Positions 38,782 to 50,049 of a DNA stretch of 64,000 bases are shown here, piece by piece. The notes below the pieces were generated by a model. It had not been told where the DNA came from, ran no database searches, and worked only from the letters and a program-made list of their open reading frames with translations. The stretch comes from Hypanus sabinus (taxonomy: Eukaryota), in assembly GCF_030144855.1 (NCBI RefSeq), contig NC_082709.1, positions 64,356,001-64,420,000 of the forward strand, written 5' to 3'. A program made the translations under genes and the position numbers. The first letter of the stretch is position 1; the number at the start of each line of letters is the position of its first letter.

Positions 38782-39699
38782 TAGGTAGAGTACTGCTTAA
38801 CCGAAATTCCAAAATCTGACATTTTTTTTGAGCGCTGATATGACGTCACAAATGGAAAATTCCACAAGGCGCTGGAAAAGTTCCCAGGTGATGCACAGGT
38901 CTCTCTGCACTTCACAGACTGTTCTGAGAAGTGCCCTCACATGTGTAATGAATAAAAGTTAATGAAAAATAGAAAAATACTGCATGAAACGAAAAATAAA
39001 GATCTCAATCATCTATTGAAAGAAAAGATTTGTCATCATAGGAATGAACGTAAGTCCTTACCAGTATGCTAATTATGAAACAAGCAATGATCTATCACGA
39101 TGAACTGAAAATTGAAGGTAATTGTGAATATTCAGCAGGCTGGTTGCAGGAATTTAAGAAAAGACACAGCATTACATTTTTGAAGGTTTTGAAAATTTTG
39201 AAGATAAAATACCTGCTGATCACGAAGCAGTAGAGAAATTTGTTGATGAGTTTGCAAATTTCGTCACTGATGAAAATCTTAATAACGGAACAAATCTACA
39301 ATACTGATTGTTTTTATACCTTATATGAAACCTTTAAAAAAAGTATGATACAAATACAGTGTACTGTAACCTTTTAATCAAAACACAGCATTGTAGATGG
39401 TGACAGAAAGCCTGCCATTGTTTGTTGTTGTTCAACAGCTGATACAAGTTTTCTCCTGATGCTGCTGTGCTGTTTTTGTTACCCTGCACTCATTGTATTT
39501 TCATTATATTAATGGTATGTAATACTTTTTACTGTTAAATTTATATGTGTGTTGTACAGATGTAAGACAAAGACTGCTTACTGGTAGCCCATAAATTCAG
39601 AATTGGAAATAATGGCGATCCCAAGCTATTTCATTATATATTCCAAAATCCAAAACAATTGCAAGCCCCAAGCATTTCGAGTAAGGGGTACTCAACCTG
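38782..39699 (+). mobile_element. Tigger4/Zombi-like pogo transposon, internally deleted, with CENPB-HTH transposase remnant
   Basis: TA-flanked TIRs TAGGTAGAGTACTGCTTAACCGAAA / TTTCGAGTAAGGGGTACTCAACCTG; MKNRKILHETKNKDL..MLIMKQAMIYHDELKIEGNCEYSAGWLQEFKKRH..ADHEAVEKFVDEFA. Confidence 0.85.
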
Positions 39700-39701
39700 T
39701 A

Positions 39702-39995
39702 CTTCCTTTTGTCAATCTTAAAGCTTCAGTCTACATTAACAGTGGTATCATGGCGCAGATGGAGATCTCTTTTGCTGTAGACCTAATCAGTCTGTCCAGG
39801 TCCTTCTGCGAGATTTCATTAAGGGTTAGGTGATAGTAGACCGTTGGTATCATGGAAGTCCTCATTAGCTGGATTTTCTGCGGTGGCTTCAGCTTTGCTG
39901 CTTTCAAGCTTTTAAACCTCTTGAACAGTTTATCTTTCCATCCTTCATCCAATATTCTGCACCATGGGTCTATCCTCGTGCCCAAGTACTTCTCA
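39702..39995 (-). mobile_element. R2-type (RLE non-LTR) reverse transcriptase fragment (motif 7 to thumb)
   Basis: EKYLGTRIDPW..KLKPPQKIQLMRTSMIP..YY..LDRLIRSTAKEI(fs)HLRHDTT matches the R2 pattern KYLG..DPW..PLKP.QK..L.....IPR..Y...LD..IR...K..LHLP. Confidence 0.7.
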
Positions 39996-40009
39996 ATGTA
40001 CTTCTAATT

Positions 40010-40318
40010 TCCAGATCATCAATGGATCTGTAGGTTGAGAGAGTGAACAGCTTTAAGTTCCTCAGCATAAACTTCACTGAGGATCTCAGGTGGTCTTTAC
40101 ACACTGGCTGTGTGGTGAAAAAGGCACAACAGTGCCTCTTTCACCTCAGACAGTTGAAGAAGTTTAGTATGGGCTCCCAAATCCTAAGAAATTTCTACAG
40201 TGGCACAGTTGAGAGCATCCTGACTGGCTGCATCACTGCCTGGTCTGGGAACTTTACTTCCCTCAATCGCAGGATTCTGCAGAGAGTGGTGCGGACAGCC
40301 CAGTGCATCTGTAGATGT
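40010..40318 (+). mobile_element. Rex/Babar-type LINE internal fragment
   Basis: VERVNSFKFLSINFTEDLRWS..KKAQQCLFHLRQLKKF..ESILTGCITAW. Confidence 0.85.
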
Positions 40319-41169
40319 AAAGAAGAGTGAGAGATTTAATCCCTCTCTCTCAGTTCAAAGCCTCTTCTAGAGCAGGAATTAATGCATTTTAGCATCCAGT
40401 TTAGAACTTTGGCTTGAAATTGTGAGTGGTTTATGAACTGGGCTTTTATTATTCTGGACCTTGTTTTAATTTGGTAGAAATAATCGCAACTGTCCATTCC
40501 AAAAGGTTTGCATGAATAAATTTTGGCACTTCTCTTCCTGGCGTCCATTAAAGAAAGCACTGCAGTTACAAGGCCTTTTCATGATCTATGGATGTCTGAA
40601 TGCACTTTACAAACCAAGACCTCAATATGATCTTGGTTAAAGATTCTACTTAATGGATAAATATTGGCCAAATAATTGCCCTTCTATTCTCTAAATAAAT
40701 ACCTCATGATCACCTGAAATAATTAGTATGACTCATTTTCAATCAGAACAGAAAGGCACAGAAACCATTTTTGTCAATTATTTAAATATAAGGGGGAGTA
40801 TTAAGTGGAGAAAATGAACAGGAATCAGTTATATGAAGTAAAAGCAAAACATTTTAGCAATAACTGGAGAGAAAACCGGATTTCAGCATTTCAGATCATT
40901 ACTTTTCATTAAATTGTCTTTGATTTGGATCTTCAACAATCAGAGTTAGTTTTCAGCCTTTGGATTTGTATAACTTTCATAATCTTGGAAAAGACCAAGG
41001 TTATTTTAAAACCAAAGAATTCATGATGTGTGATGTTGACTCTATTCCCTCTCTAGGTATCAATACCCATAGATGTTGATAACAAAAATACTCTCAATTT
41101 AGTCTTCATTTGTGCATCAGTTACTTAAACACATGGGTGTACAATTAATTTCCAACAACTCCAATCCCC

Positions 41170-41352
41170 ACCATTGTATTTTTGCAAGTTCTTCCTGTGG
41201 CTGTTTGTGTTTCCTCTGGGTGCTCCAGTTTCTGCTTATATTCAAAAGACGTACAGGTTGGTGGGTTAATTGGTCACATGGATGGAATTGGGAGGTGCGG
41301 ACTGTTGGGCCAGAAGGGCCTCTTACTGTACTGTAGCACCAAATAAAATAAA
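41170..41352 (+). mobile_element. V-SINE 3' part with CR1-type tail
   Basis: TTTCCTCTGGGTGCTCCAGTTTC..AAAGACGTACAGGTT..GGGCCAGAAGGGCCT..(AAATA)n. Confidence 0.7.
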
Positions 41353-41639
41353 TTTTATTCATTATTCTATCTTGTCACTCATTACACTAAGTTACAGTTT
41401 GGACTTAAATATTACTATACTGAGCTGAACTGGAAAAGATTACTCTATGGGGGTGTAGTGTTCTCTGAGTTCCAAACTTAGAGCTTTCCTTCTGCAGTGG
41501 TTGTTCCTGGGTTACTGTTGCCAATATCCTTAACGGCCCCTCCTTTATACAGTTTCTGTTGGTCTTCCTGAAGGTTTGTTGGCATTTCCCTGCCCAGGAC
41601 CCTTAAGATTCTGCTGTTCTGTTCTCAGAATTCATGTAA

Positions 41640-42405
41640 AAGTCGACTTCTTTTCCTCTCATGCTCTAAAAGGTTTAGCTGTCAGCCATGTGGCTACAAT
41701 AACCACTGTTATGTCATAGGATATATTGTAGGGGTTTTGCATACAGTATTGCTACTCAGGTACCAATGGAATAATGATCAGATAAGTTTTTCCTGATACT
41801 GAATAATACATTAACCATGTGAAAAGTCAGATTCCTTTTTTGTAAATACTGTCACAGAATCCTTTACATCTTACTGATAGACACACTTGTGAAGAGGTGG
41901 TGCTTGAGGAAGATTACTGAATAGAGTACTTTGTTTCTTTGTCCTAACTAGATTTAGTGTGCCAGTTGTATCCAGTGTGTGGAACAGTATAAAATGAGTA
42001 TTTCACCTGGGGTCCTCAATTCCTGAAGGCAGTATCAACCATTCAAGGGATAACTTTGCTCTTAGTACCGAACAAGGCAATAGTATTAACTTCCTAGCAA
42101 GCTCAGTGTAAAGACGCAAAAGCAAGAACCTCTTTGTTGAATAAGGCTGTGATGATTTGATAGACGTTTTTCAGCTCTAACAAAAGAGCTGCATTAAGGG
42201 GCATGGTTGTAGGATAATGATGAGCCCCTTAAAATTGTGTTTTACAGAAGTCCATAAGGCTTCAGAAAATTCTGCCTCAAGAGAACAGAGATGCTGAGTC
42301 ATTCGAAGCTCATATTGACTGCAGTGGATTTGAGGATTATGGGGATTTGATTGAAAATGGTATCGAGGCCAAAGATCAGAATGGACACGATCAAATTGAA
42401 TGGAT
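41640..42405. mobile_element. Degraded DeuSINE (minus, ~41640-41935) followed by degraded CR1 3' region (plus, ~41935-42405)
   Basis: GATAATGATCAGATA..ATCCTTTACATC (DeuSINE reverse); GCATTAAGGGGCATGG..AGGATTATGGGG..AAGATCAG..ATTGAATGG (CR1). Confidence 0.4.
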
Positions 42406-42755
42406 TCTTTATTTCACAATTTTATTTCTAGGCCTTCCACTGTAAAAACTCACTTTTTGACCCTAGAGTGACCAAGAAGGGGAAGAATGTTACATTCCAT
42501 GCAACTTCCCTCTGTCATGTTGACTGCTTATCCACCTGAAGCCAATTACCTACATGGAAGGAATTTTATCGTCTGGTTTAAAATATCGTCTCTAAGAAAA
42601 GCATAACTAAATTAGCAGAATTGACAAAATAAATTATGGTGCAATTTAGAAATTTTAATGTCTAATGATTCTTCCAAATCTATTATATTTAACTTTTCAA
42701 ATTTTTTTAACCTGTTCCAACTTTTCTTGGGTCATGTTGGCCTAGAAGAGCTCTG

Positions 42756-43080
42756 TGTTATGATATGCACCCGACCCCACCAGCCTTCCTGGTTCAGATG
42801 CTCCAGTTCTCCAGAATGTAAATAGCTGGCGTGGTCCCTTTAAAAATTATGGCCTGCTCTGCTAATTGGCAGCCATCTTTTGGTGCAAATATTTGGATAT
42901 TTAAAGAGCACCCGATCTCAGGTTCGGGTCTCAATCATCTGCTCAACTTTGGTTTGGTCTATGATTGCATTTAGAATTTCTGTCTCATTTGGATTTTTGC
43001 CTAGCATCTAGTCAAGAATCCTGTTCTTATCTCAGTCTTGAAATCCTGACTTGTTCTAGTCTCAAATACTCCAGCACTTA
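42756..43080 (+). mobile_element. Possible decayed LTR
   Basis: Starts TGTTATG; TATTTAAAG TATA-like box followed by low-complexity CTAGTC/CTTG units; no partner LTR or TSD seen. Confidence 0.25.
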
Positions 43081-44109
43081 GGTCCTTACCATCCTCACCA
43101 AGATTGCTATGGAAATTATTGGAGTCCTTTGAACCCATTGAGAGTGGTGACTCTGATGTTAAAATTTAATTATTTCCCAAAATTTGTAGCTGTGCTGAAT
43201 TCTGAACTCCACTGTTTTACCTCAGTCACCTGAAGACCTTGGACCCAGCTGTTGATCAATTGCCAATATCTCCTATGTTACTGCCAAAAGTGGTTTGTTA
43301 GTTAATCCTTTGAAGTACTGTAGTATTTAAACTTGCCGGAGCTGCTACACAAATGCAACGATTTGCTCCTGCTGTCACCACAAAGTGTTAATACTTTAGG
43401 TCTGTTCTGATTGCAGTTAGTGGTGCACTCTATGATAATGAACACAGTGATGGCTAAGCTTTTCTGATTACAATAACTTCTGAATTCTTAGTTGATTGCA
43501 AGTATATTCTATTAAAAAAATCACAAAAAAATCAAATGCGGGTTGATCTTGCCATCTCCTCAAGTGAGCTTGGCTGCAGTTAGTTACATGCTGGCCCATT
43601 TCTTGTCTTGTGCAAGCAGCATTTATGTGTAATGTCCCAATGTAGATTCGAACTATTATCTCCAGGTAATAACAGTAAGATAATGAACCAATAATTTGTT
43701 TTTGCATTACGGATTGATTATAAAAACATTGGCCAAAATACAGGGTTTGGGGCTCAAGTGCTCACTTTAGTAACACAACAGCACTCTCTTGATTAAGTGC
43801 AAAATTAGCTTGATGTTTACGTCACGGTTTGGCATTGGTTTGGAAAACTATTCAAGGAGCAAGCAGGTGTAAATGTATTAAATTTATACAGTCACTTTTC
43901 ATATAATAGGGTTACTTCATGAGTGCAATCAGGTAAAAAAAATCTGTGACTGGCAGTTTGGCAAGGTCATTGAAAAAATGTTTTGTCCTAATTATATGAA
44001 TCTTGTTTGATTGAATGGAAAGACCTATTGATGGATTCATTTGCCGGCTTTGTCTCTATCATTCATGTCATTTTGTATTTGCAAGGCAGTGGCCCTAGTC
44101 TGTTAACTT

Positions 44110-44295
44110 AATAAGACCATAAGACATAAAGCAGAATTAGGCCATTCGGTCCATTGAATCTGCTCTGCTATTCCACCAAGGCTGATTTATTATCCCACTC
44201 AATCCCATTATTCTGCCTTCTCCTCATAGCCTTTGAGACCCTTACCAATCAAGATCATATCAACCTCCGGCTTAAGTATGACCAGTGACTTGGCC
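44110..44295 (-). mobile_element. CR1 3' end
   Basis: ATAAGACCATAAGACATAAAGCAGAATTAGGCCATTCGG tail. Confidence 0.8.
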
Positions 44296-44498
44296 AATAT
44301 TCAGAAACACTCTTTAAAAAAAAAAGGCAGATCTGACTATATTTTTTTATTTTAATGTGTTTCTTTTTCTTCTGCTCATTCAGTTTTTGAGAAGGAAACT
44401 ATAGAGTGAAGAACATTTGGTTTCCATTTCCAGTCATGTGACCAGATCAGCCATCTTGATTAAGCAGTCCAACTTTCCTCAGAATGTGCTTTAGCTTT

Positions 44499-45585
44499 CC
44501 AACAACAAACAAGAGAAACATTTACAGATGCTGGAAATCCAAGCAACACACACACAAAATGCTGGAGGAACTCAACAGACCAAGCACCATATATGGAAAA
44601 TAGTACAGTTAGCGTTGCGGGCTGAGACCCTTCAGCAAGGCCGGAGAAAAAAGATGAGTTAGTGTTAGAAGCTTAGGGGAAGGGAGGGAAGAAACTCAAG
44701 GCAATAGGTGAAACTAGGAGGGGGAGGGTTGAGATAAAGAGCAGGAAGTTGATTGGTGAAAGATGCATGGCTAGAGAAGTGAGGGAGCTAATAGGAAAGG
44801 ACAGTAGGCCATGGAAGAAAGAAGAAGTTGGAGGAGCACCAGAGGGAGGCAATGGGTAGGCAAGGAGATAAGCTGAGAGTGGGAAAAGGGGCGGGGGCTA
44901 GAGAAGGGGGGCCATTACTGGAAGTTCGAGAAATTGATATTCATGTTATCAGGTTGGAGGCTACCCAGATGGAGTTTAAGATGCTGCTGCTCCAGCCTGA
45001 GTGTGGCCTCATTGCAACAGCAGAGGAAGCTGTGGAAGAACATGTCAGAATGGGAAGTGGAATTAAAATGGGTGGCTACTGGGAGATCCTGATTTTTTTC
45101 TGGTGGGCAGAGCATACGTTCTTGGTGAAGCGATCTCCCAGTCTATGCTGGGTCTCACCAATTTACAAGAGGCTGCATCGGATACAGTAGACCACCCCAA
45201 AAGACCCACAGGCAAAGTGTTGCCTCACTTGGAAGGATACTCCTTTTTCCTTTTATCACCTTATCTCCTTGCCTACCCATTGTCTCTGTCTGGTGTTCCT
45301 CCCCCTTTTCTTTCTTCCATGGCCTTCTGTCCTCTCCTATCAGACTCCCCCTTCTCCAGCCCTGTATCTCTTTCACCAATCAACTTCCTAGCTCTTTACT
45401 TCACCCCTCCCTCTCCCAATTTCATCTATCACTTTGTGTTTCTTCCTCGCCTCCCTTCTAACTCTTGACTCCTCATCTTTTATTTTTCCCCAGTCCTACT
45501 AAAGGGTCTCTGCCTGAAATGTCAACTGTACTCTTTTCGTTTGATGCTGCCTGGCCTGCTGAGTCCCTCCAACATTTTGTGCGTG
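44499..45585. mobile_element. Penelope-like element with inverted terminal repeat (minus arm ~44499-45240 with GIY-YIG C-terminus; plus arm ~45241-45585)
   Basis: ORF 44915-45115 DLPVATHFNSTSHSDM..LEQQHLKLHLGSLQPDNMNINFSNF; arms are reverse complements; hammerhead motifs at 44606-44643(-) and 45491-45528(+); degenerate TSD GTGCTTTAGCTTT (44486-44498) / GTGTTTTAGTTTT (45586-45598). Confidence 0.85.
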
Positions 45586-47614
45586 GTGTTTTAGTTTTGG
45601 TAACTTACAGAACCTGCTTGACACTTGTTCACCTCTCATAACAATATGCTTTCTGAATAAGGTTGCCAAATTGGGCAAAAATAGGAGTAAATCTGTTCTG
45701 AGTTAAAACCCATGGTAGAGTGCATCGTAGGATTACTGTGGAACTGGGGCTGTCCTGTTCATACTTATAGCAAAGGTCCACTGTTAAAATGATAAACCCA
45801 ATGAAACAGAGGAGCCTTGACATCATCATCAGTCCTCAGGAAGTTCTTTCTTTTGGTGTGTTCTTCCATTTCCTTTGGGAAGCTGAAGAAAATACCTGTT
45901 TATCCCATTGTGAAGGCAGATATTTTGCAAAGTAAAACATAATTAGGAGTTAGACCTGGATAGGTGAAGAGAGGAAAGAGCAAGATATCTACATGTGTCT
46001 GCTGTTGCGTGGTGGGTGCCGGTTTCACTTGCTGACTTTCTTCTGCTGTGGCTTCGATGGTAGGCATAGTGTTCATCCACATTTGTATTTTGGCAGCTTT
46101 GCTTTTACCTTTAGTGATTCATAGTTCTGCTCCATTTTTTCCCACCAGGCGCAGCAAATAAATTGTCAAATTGTTTGAAATCAACTTGTTCTTCTGTTGT
46201 AAATGTCAAGTGTAGACTTTGCATTGGTTTCTCAGCTTAAAAAGGCTGTCAGTTTGGCTGCAGGTATGATATTATAGTCTTTGAGGCAATAGTATGACAG
46301 ATACAAAAGACATGTCACTTACCCTATTAGTACAGTGATGGCAAAATGCTACAAAATTCTTCAGCATCAAAACTGAAGACTGAACTGCACTATGTAATGC
46401 TACGCACACCCAGAGCTACAGCCAGGTCACAGAACTCTGTTGAGTGAAGGAATTGCATGAAATGTTGTGCAGAGAGAGGTAGGCCTTCATTGTCAATCAG
46501 ATCACACTGCACTCTGTCAATCATACCACAGGCTCAGCAGCTGCTTGTGGTCTCCAGAGGTTACAGATGAATGATTTTTTTTTAAGTCTTCAGTGATTCG
46601 TGTGTTACGATGGACACCAGCACATTGGGCTTTTCATGAGCAGTTAAGGACATTAAGCATCCATTCTCTGCTTCGTGTACTGTAGATTTTCATTGGCTAG
46701 GAAGACAAAATAATATCTACGGCTCAGTTGTAGACCATTCAGTAAGCCAGCTGATGCTAATATTTATGATCCACACAAGCTTCTATCCATCCTACATTGG
46801 AACATGCTAGGATACATCATTCTCTTGCTTGCTGGTTTCCCTTCAGTACTGCTGTGCTATGTACCTTCTTCCTAATGTGGTAACAACTTTCACATTCAAG
46901 CTATTCTTTGGGCAATGAAGCCTCTGGAGAACTTTTTATAGTGTCCATTTGGTATTTGTTCCCTTCATTTTCAAAGTTCCACATGTGTGGGAGCATTTTC
47001 TCTTTGTCTATCCTATCGTGATTTTAAAGACCATTATTCGGTTGCTACTCAGCCTTGTCTATTTTTCTTGAGGGAAAAAAAGCCCCAGACTGTCGCGTCT
47101 TTAACTTTGATGTATAGCCACTGCCACCTTTCCTTGTGCAATTGAAATAGTTTTATTACCAGTAGTGAATTAAATGCACTTGCTGACACTGCAGTTTAGT
47201 GTGTGACGCCCCATTTCTCCTGCATAAAGAGACCTCAGCCATACTGTAAGTACACGGCTGCATGATTAGATGGCAGAAGTGGGAGAGGAATCCCAAAGTG
47301 CTCCTTGGATAGAGTAAATTAAAATTTAATCACAAACCAAACGATTTACTTCTCTAATGGGGAAACTAAACCGCTTATCAACAATTACAGAATGTGGCAA
47401 GTATTAGCTTTGTCCAAAGATGAATGCTGAAGAGGTTTTCTGAAAATATCAACCAGGACTGCAGAAAAGAGGAATTTTTAAAGACTGAGCAATACTGAAC
47501 ATTCAGATGTGGTTTGTGGCTATGTTAGTAATGCTCAAATTCCTCTCCTTGGCTTTCCTCTCTCCTCATTCCAGTCTCCGCTTCTAGCTCTCACTCACAC
47601 CCTCTTCATCATCT

Positions 47615-47995
47615 GTGTTAGCACTCTTGCTTCTCAGCCACTCCAGAGACTTGAATACATCACCTAAACTGACCTCCACAGTGTAACTCTGAAGGTGCTG
47701 TGCATCATCAGAGTTCAGTCCTTTGATTGAATGAGTTTTATCTGACTTGTCAGGGAAAGTGAAACACCTACGTCAGGGAAAAAATAAAGGGACTTCTCTG
47801 AAGTAGCCAATAATTGTACTTATACAAATATAATTGGAGTAATTTATCTGGTTATTAGCACAATCCTGCCTGTGGGATCCTGTTGTATACAAATTGCGGC
47901 CTGGGTCTTGTATCTTTAACAGTGACTACATTTCGAAAACTACTCTGTGGGGAAGGTACTTTGGGACATCCTGAGGATGTGAGAGGTCTTCTTTT
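47615..47995 (+). mobile_element. DeuSINE (SacSINE1/AmnSINE-like), degraded
   Basis: AGAGACTTGAA..CTGAC..TTATCTGGTTATTAGCAC..TGTGGGATCCTGTTGT..CAAATTG..AACAGTGACTACATTTC..CTTTGGGACATCCTGAGG. Confidence 0.65.
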
Positions 47996-48189
47996 ACCTG
48001 AGACATGGATTCTTTCTGTTATGTCTGCATTGGCACCAAGAGCATTTCATTGCTTTGCCCAGGTTACAAGACTCATAGTGATCAGAAAACAATGTGCTGT
48101 TATCAGCATGCATCACACATTGTACATAAAGTGCAGTATTTATCCTACTCCTCCCACTTCCAGCTAAGAAGCTAAAGGTATGTTAGAAA

Positions 48190-48370
48190 ACAAAACAAAA
48201 CTGGAAATCTGAGATTAGAACAAAAAATGCTGGAAATTCTCTGTAGCCCAATCAGCAATTGTAGGGATAGAAACCATGTTACTGCTTTGAGTGGATGATC
48301 CTTTGGAAATACCAATTCAACTTTCTGCTCCATAGATGCTGCCTGAACTGCCAAGTATTTCCAAACAACT
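48190..48370. mobile_element. Compact inverted Penelope terminal-repeat remnant
   Basis: CTGGAAATCTG..AAATGCTGGAAAT (minus arm) facing CCATAGATGCTGCCTGA..AGTATTTCCA (plus arm). Confidence 0.5.
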
Positions 48371-48699
48371 TCAGTTAAGTCAAACTTTTCACTGTATCTT
48401 GGGACATGTGACAATAATAAACTATTATCAATATCAATCTTTTGTGGTCATTGTTGTGTCATTCTGTCAGATTTTGCATACCAGAGTATGGAAAGGTTTT
48501 GGTAAGTTAATTTTAAAGTTAACTTACCTATAAAAGAGCATTTGAATCTATGTGATCATTATGTAAATCAAAAAAATTATATGAATTTCTTAAGTTTGCA
48601 TTTCTTATTTGAAAATCATTATTGGTTTGAAAACTGTCATGATTTCAGGGAAATACTTATTAATATAAACTGTAAAATCTTTGGAATGTGTTGTTTTTC

Positions 48700-48842
48700 C
48701 CACTCCTAATGAAGGGTTTCGGGCCGAAACGTCGTCAATACGTCCTCCTCCCATAGATGCTGTCTGGCCTGCTGAGTTCTGCCAGCATTTTGTGTTTTTA
48801 TTTTTTTTAATTTATTTCCAGCATCTGCAGATTCACTCGTGT
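48700..48842 (+). mobile_element. Minimal Penelope-derived insertion: hammerhead motif plus 3' tail, 24-bp TSD
   Basis: CTAATGAAGGGTTTCGGGCCGAAACGTC at 48706-48733; identical AATCTTTGGAATGTGTTGTTTTTC at 48676-48699 and 48843-48866. Confidence 0.85.
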
Positions 48843-48964
48843 AATCTTTGGAATGTGTTGTTTTTCAGTATCAATCTTGGTAGCACCTTCTTATCTTGAC
48901 AGAAAGTGTAAGATTTAGATTCAGCAGAGGATTTAGACCCCCAATTTAGTACTGATAGAATGTT

Positions 48965-49262
48965 TATTTATTTATTGGGTATTTATTGAGATACAGTGCA
49001 GAGTAGGCCTTTCCAGCCCTTTGATCTACGCTGCCCAGCAATCCCCCAATTTAATCCTGGCCTAATCACAGGACGATTTGCAATGACTAATTAACCTACG
49101 AACCTGTAGGTTTTTAGATCATGGGAGGAAAATGGAGCACCTAGAGGAAACCCACAAGGTCATGGGGAGAATGTAGAAACTCCTTCCAGGTAACTGCAGG
49201 AATTGAACCTGGGACGTCTGTACTGTGAAGTGTTGTGCTAACCACTATGCTACTATGCCACC
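48965..49262 (-). mobile_element. V-SINE, near full length
   Basis: Reverse: TGGCATAGTAGCATAGTGGTTAGCACA (A-box)..GGTTCAATTCC (B-box)..GGAGTTTCTACATTCTCCCCATGACC; (AATA)n tail. Confidence 0.8.
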
Positions 49263-50049
49263 CATGCTGGAAGAGCGGTCTTTGAGAAGAGGTCTTAGAA
49301 CTGAAGACCATTTGCCTACTCAGGACAACATGACAGATCTCAATATAAACACTGAAGACGCCAGTAGAAATCTGAATGATCTCCAAACTAACATCCCATC
49401 TTTCAGCCAACATTTTTTTCAACCACTTGGATGATAAAAAATAGTATGGTGCCTTCATGTATCTTACCCTGTAATAATGTAGTATTGATATGCTATTATA
49501 AGGTAACATAATGTGACCTTCTCACATATATGATTAATATTCATGTTATTGCACCCTCCTCAATATGTCAATATACACTATCCTATTCATTTGAAAATTA
49601 TTTATGTCACACATCTTGAACTGAAATATTATTTTAATGGCCAAAATGCTGATTAAGCAGGGACCCTCTACACATAATAGCAAAAATATTCCCAAGATCG
49701 AAGTGCCTGTTCTTCCTAGGAGCACTTCCTGAGAAGTGTGTATGGTGTGTATTTTTGGATAAGATGAAGAAGATTCCATGCCACTTAAAAAGGAATTATC
49801 CCTGGTGTTCTGAACAATGCTTACTCCTTGATCATGATTTGTGGAGCACATTATCTTGTCATTAACACATTGCTGCTTTTGGTGCTTCATCTTGCAGTTT
49901 TTAACCTTCACTGAAAATGGTTGGAAAGTACTTAGCCAGAAAGGTGCTTTGGGACTTGAAAAGGTCTTTGAAAATGTCCAAATCCTTATTTTTTTTCAAT
50001 CTTGGTTTTCATTCTTGTTAATATTATGTGGAACTGAATCTCTGACATC

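Noticed and set aside
49195-49262. tRNA-like A/B boxes
   Set aside because: SINE head, not a tRNA gene; it continues into the V-domain body
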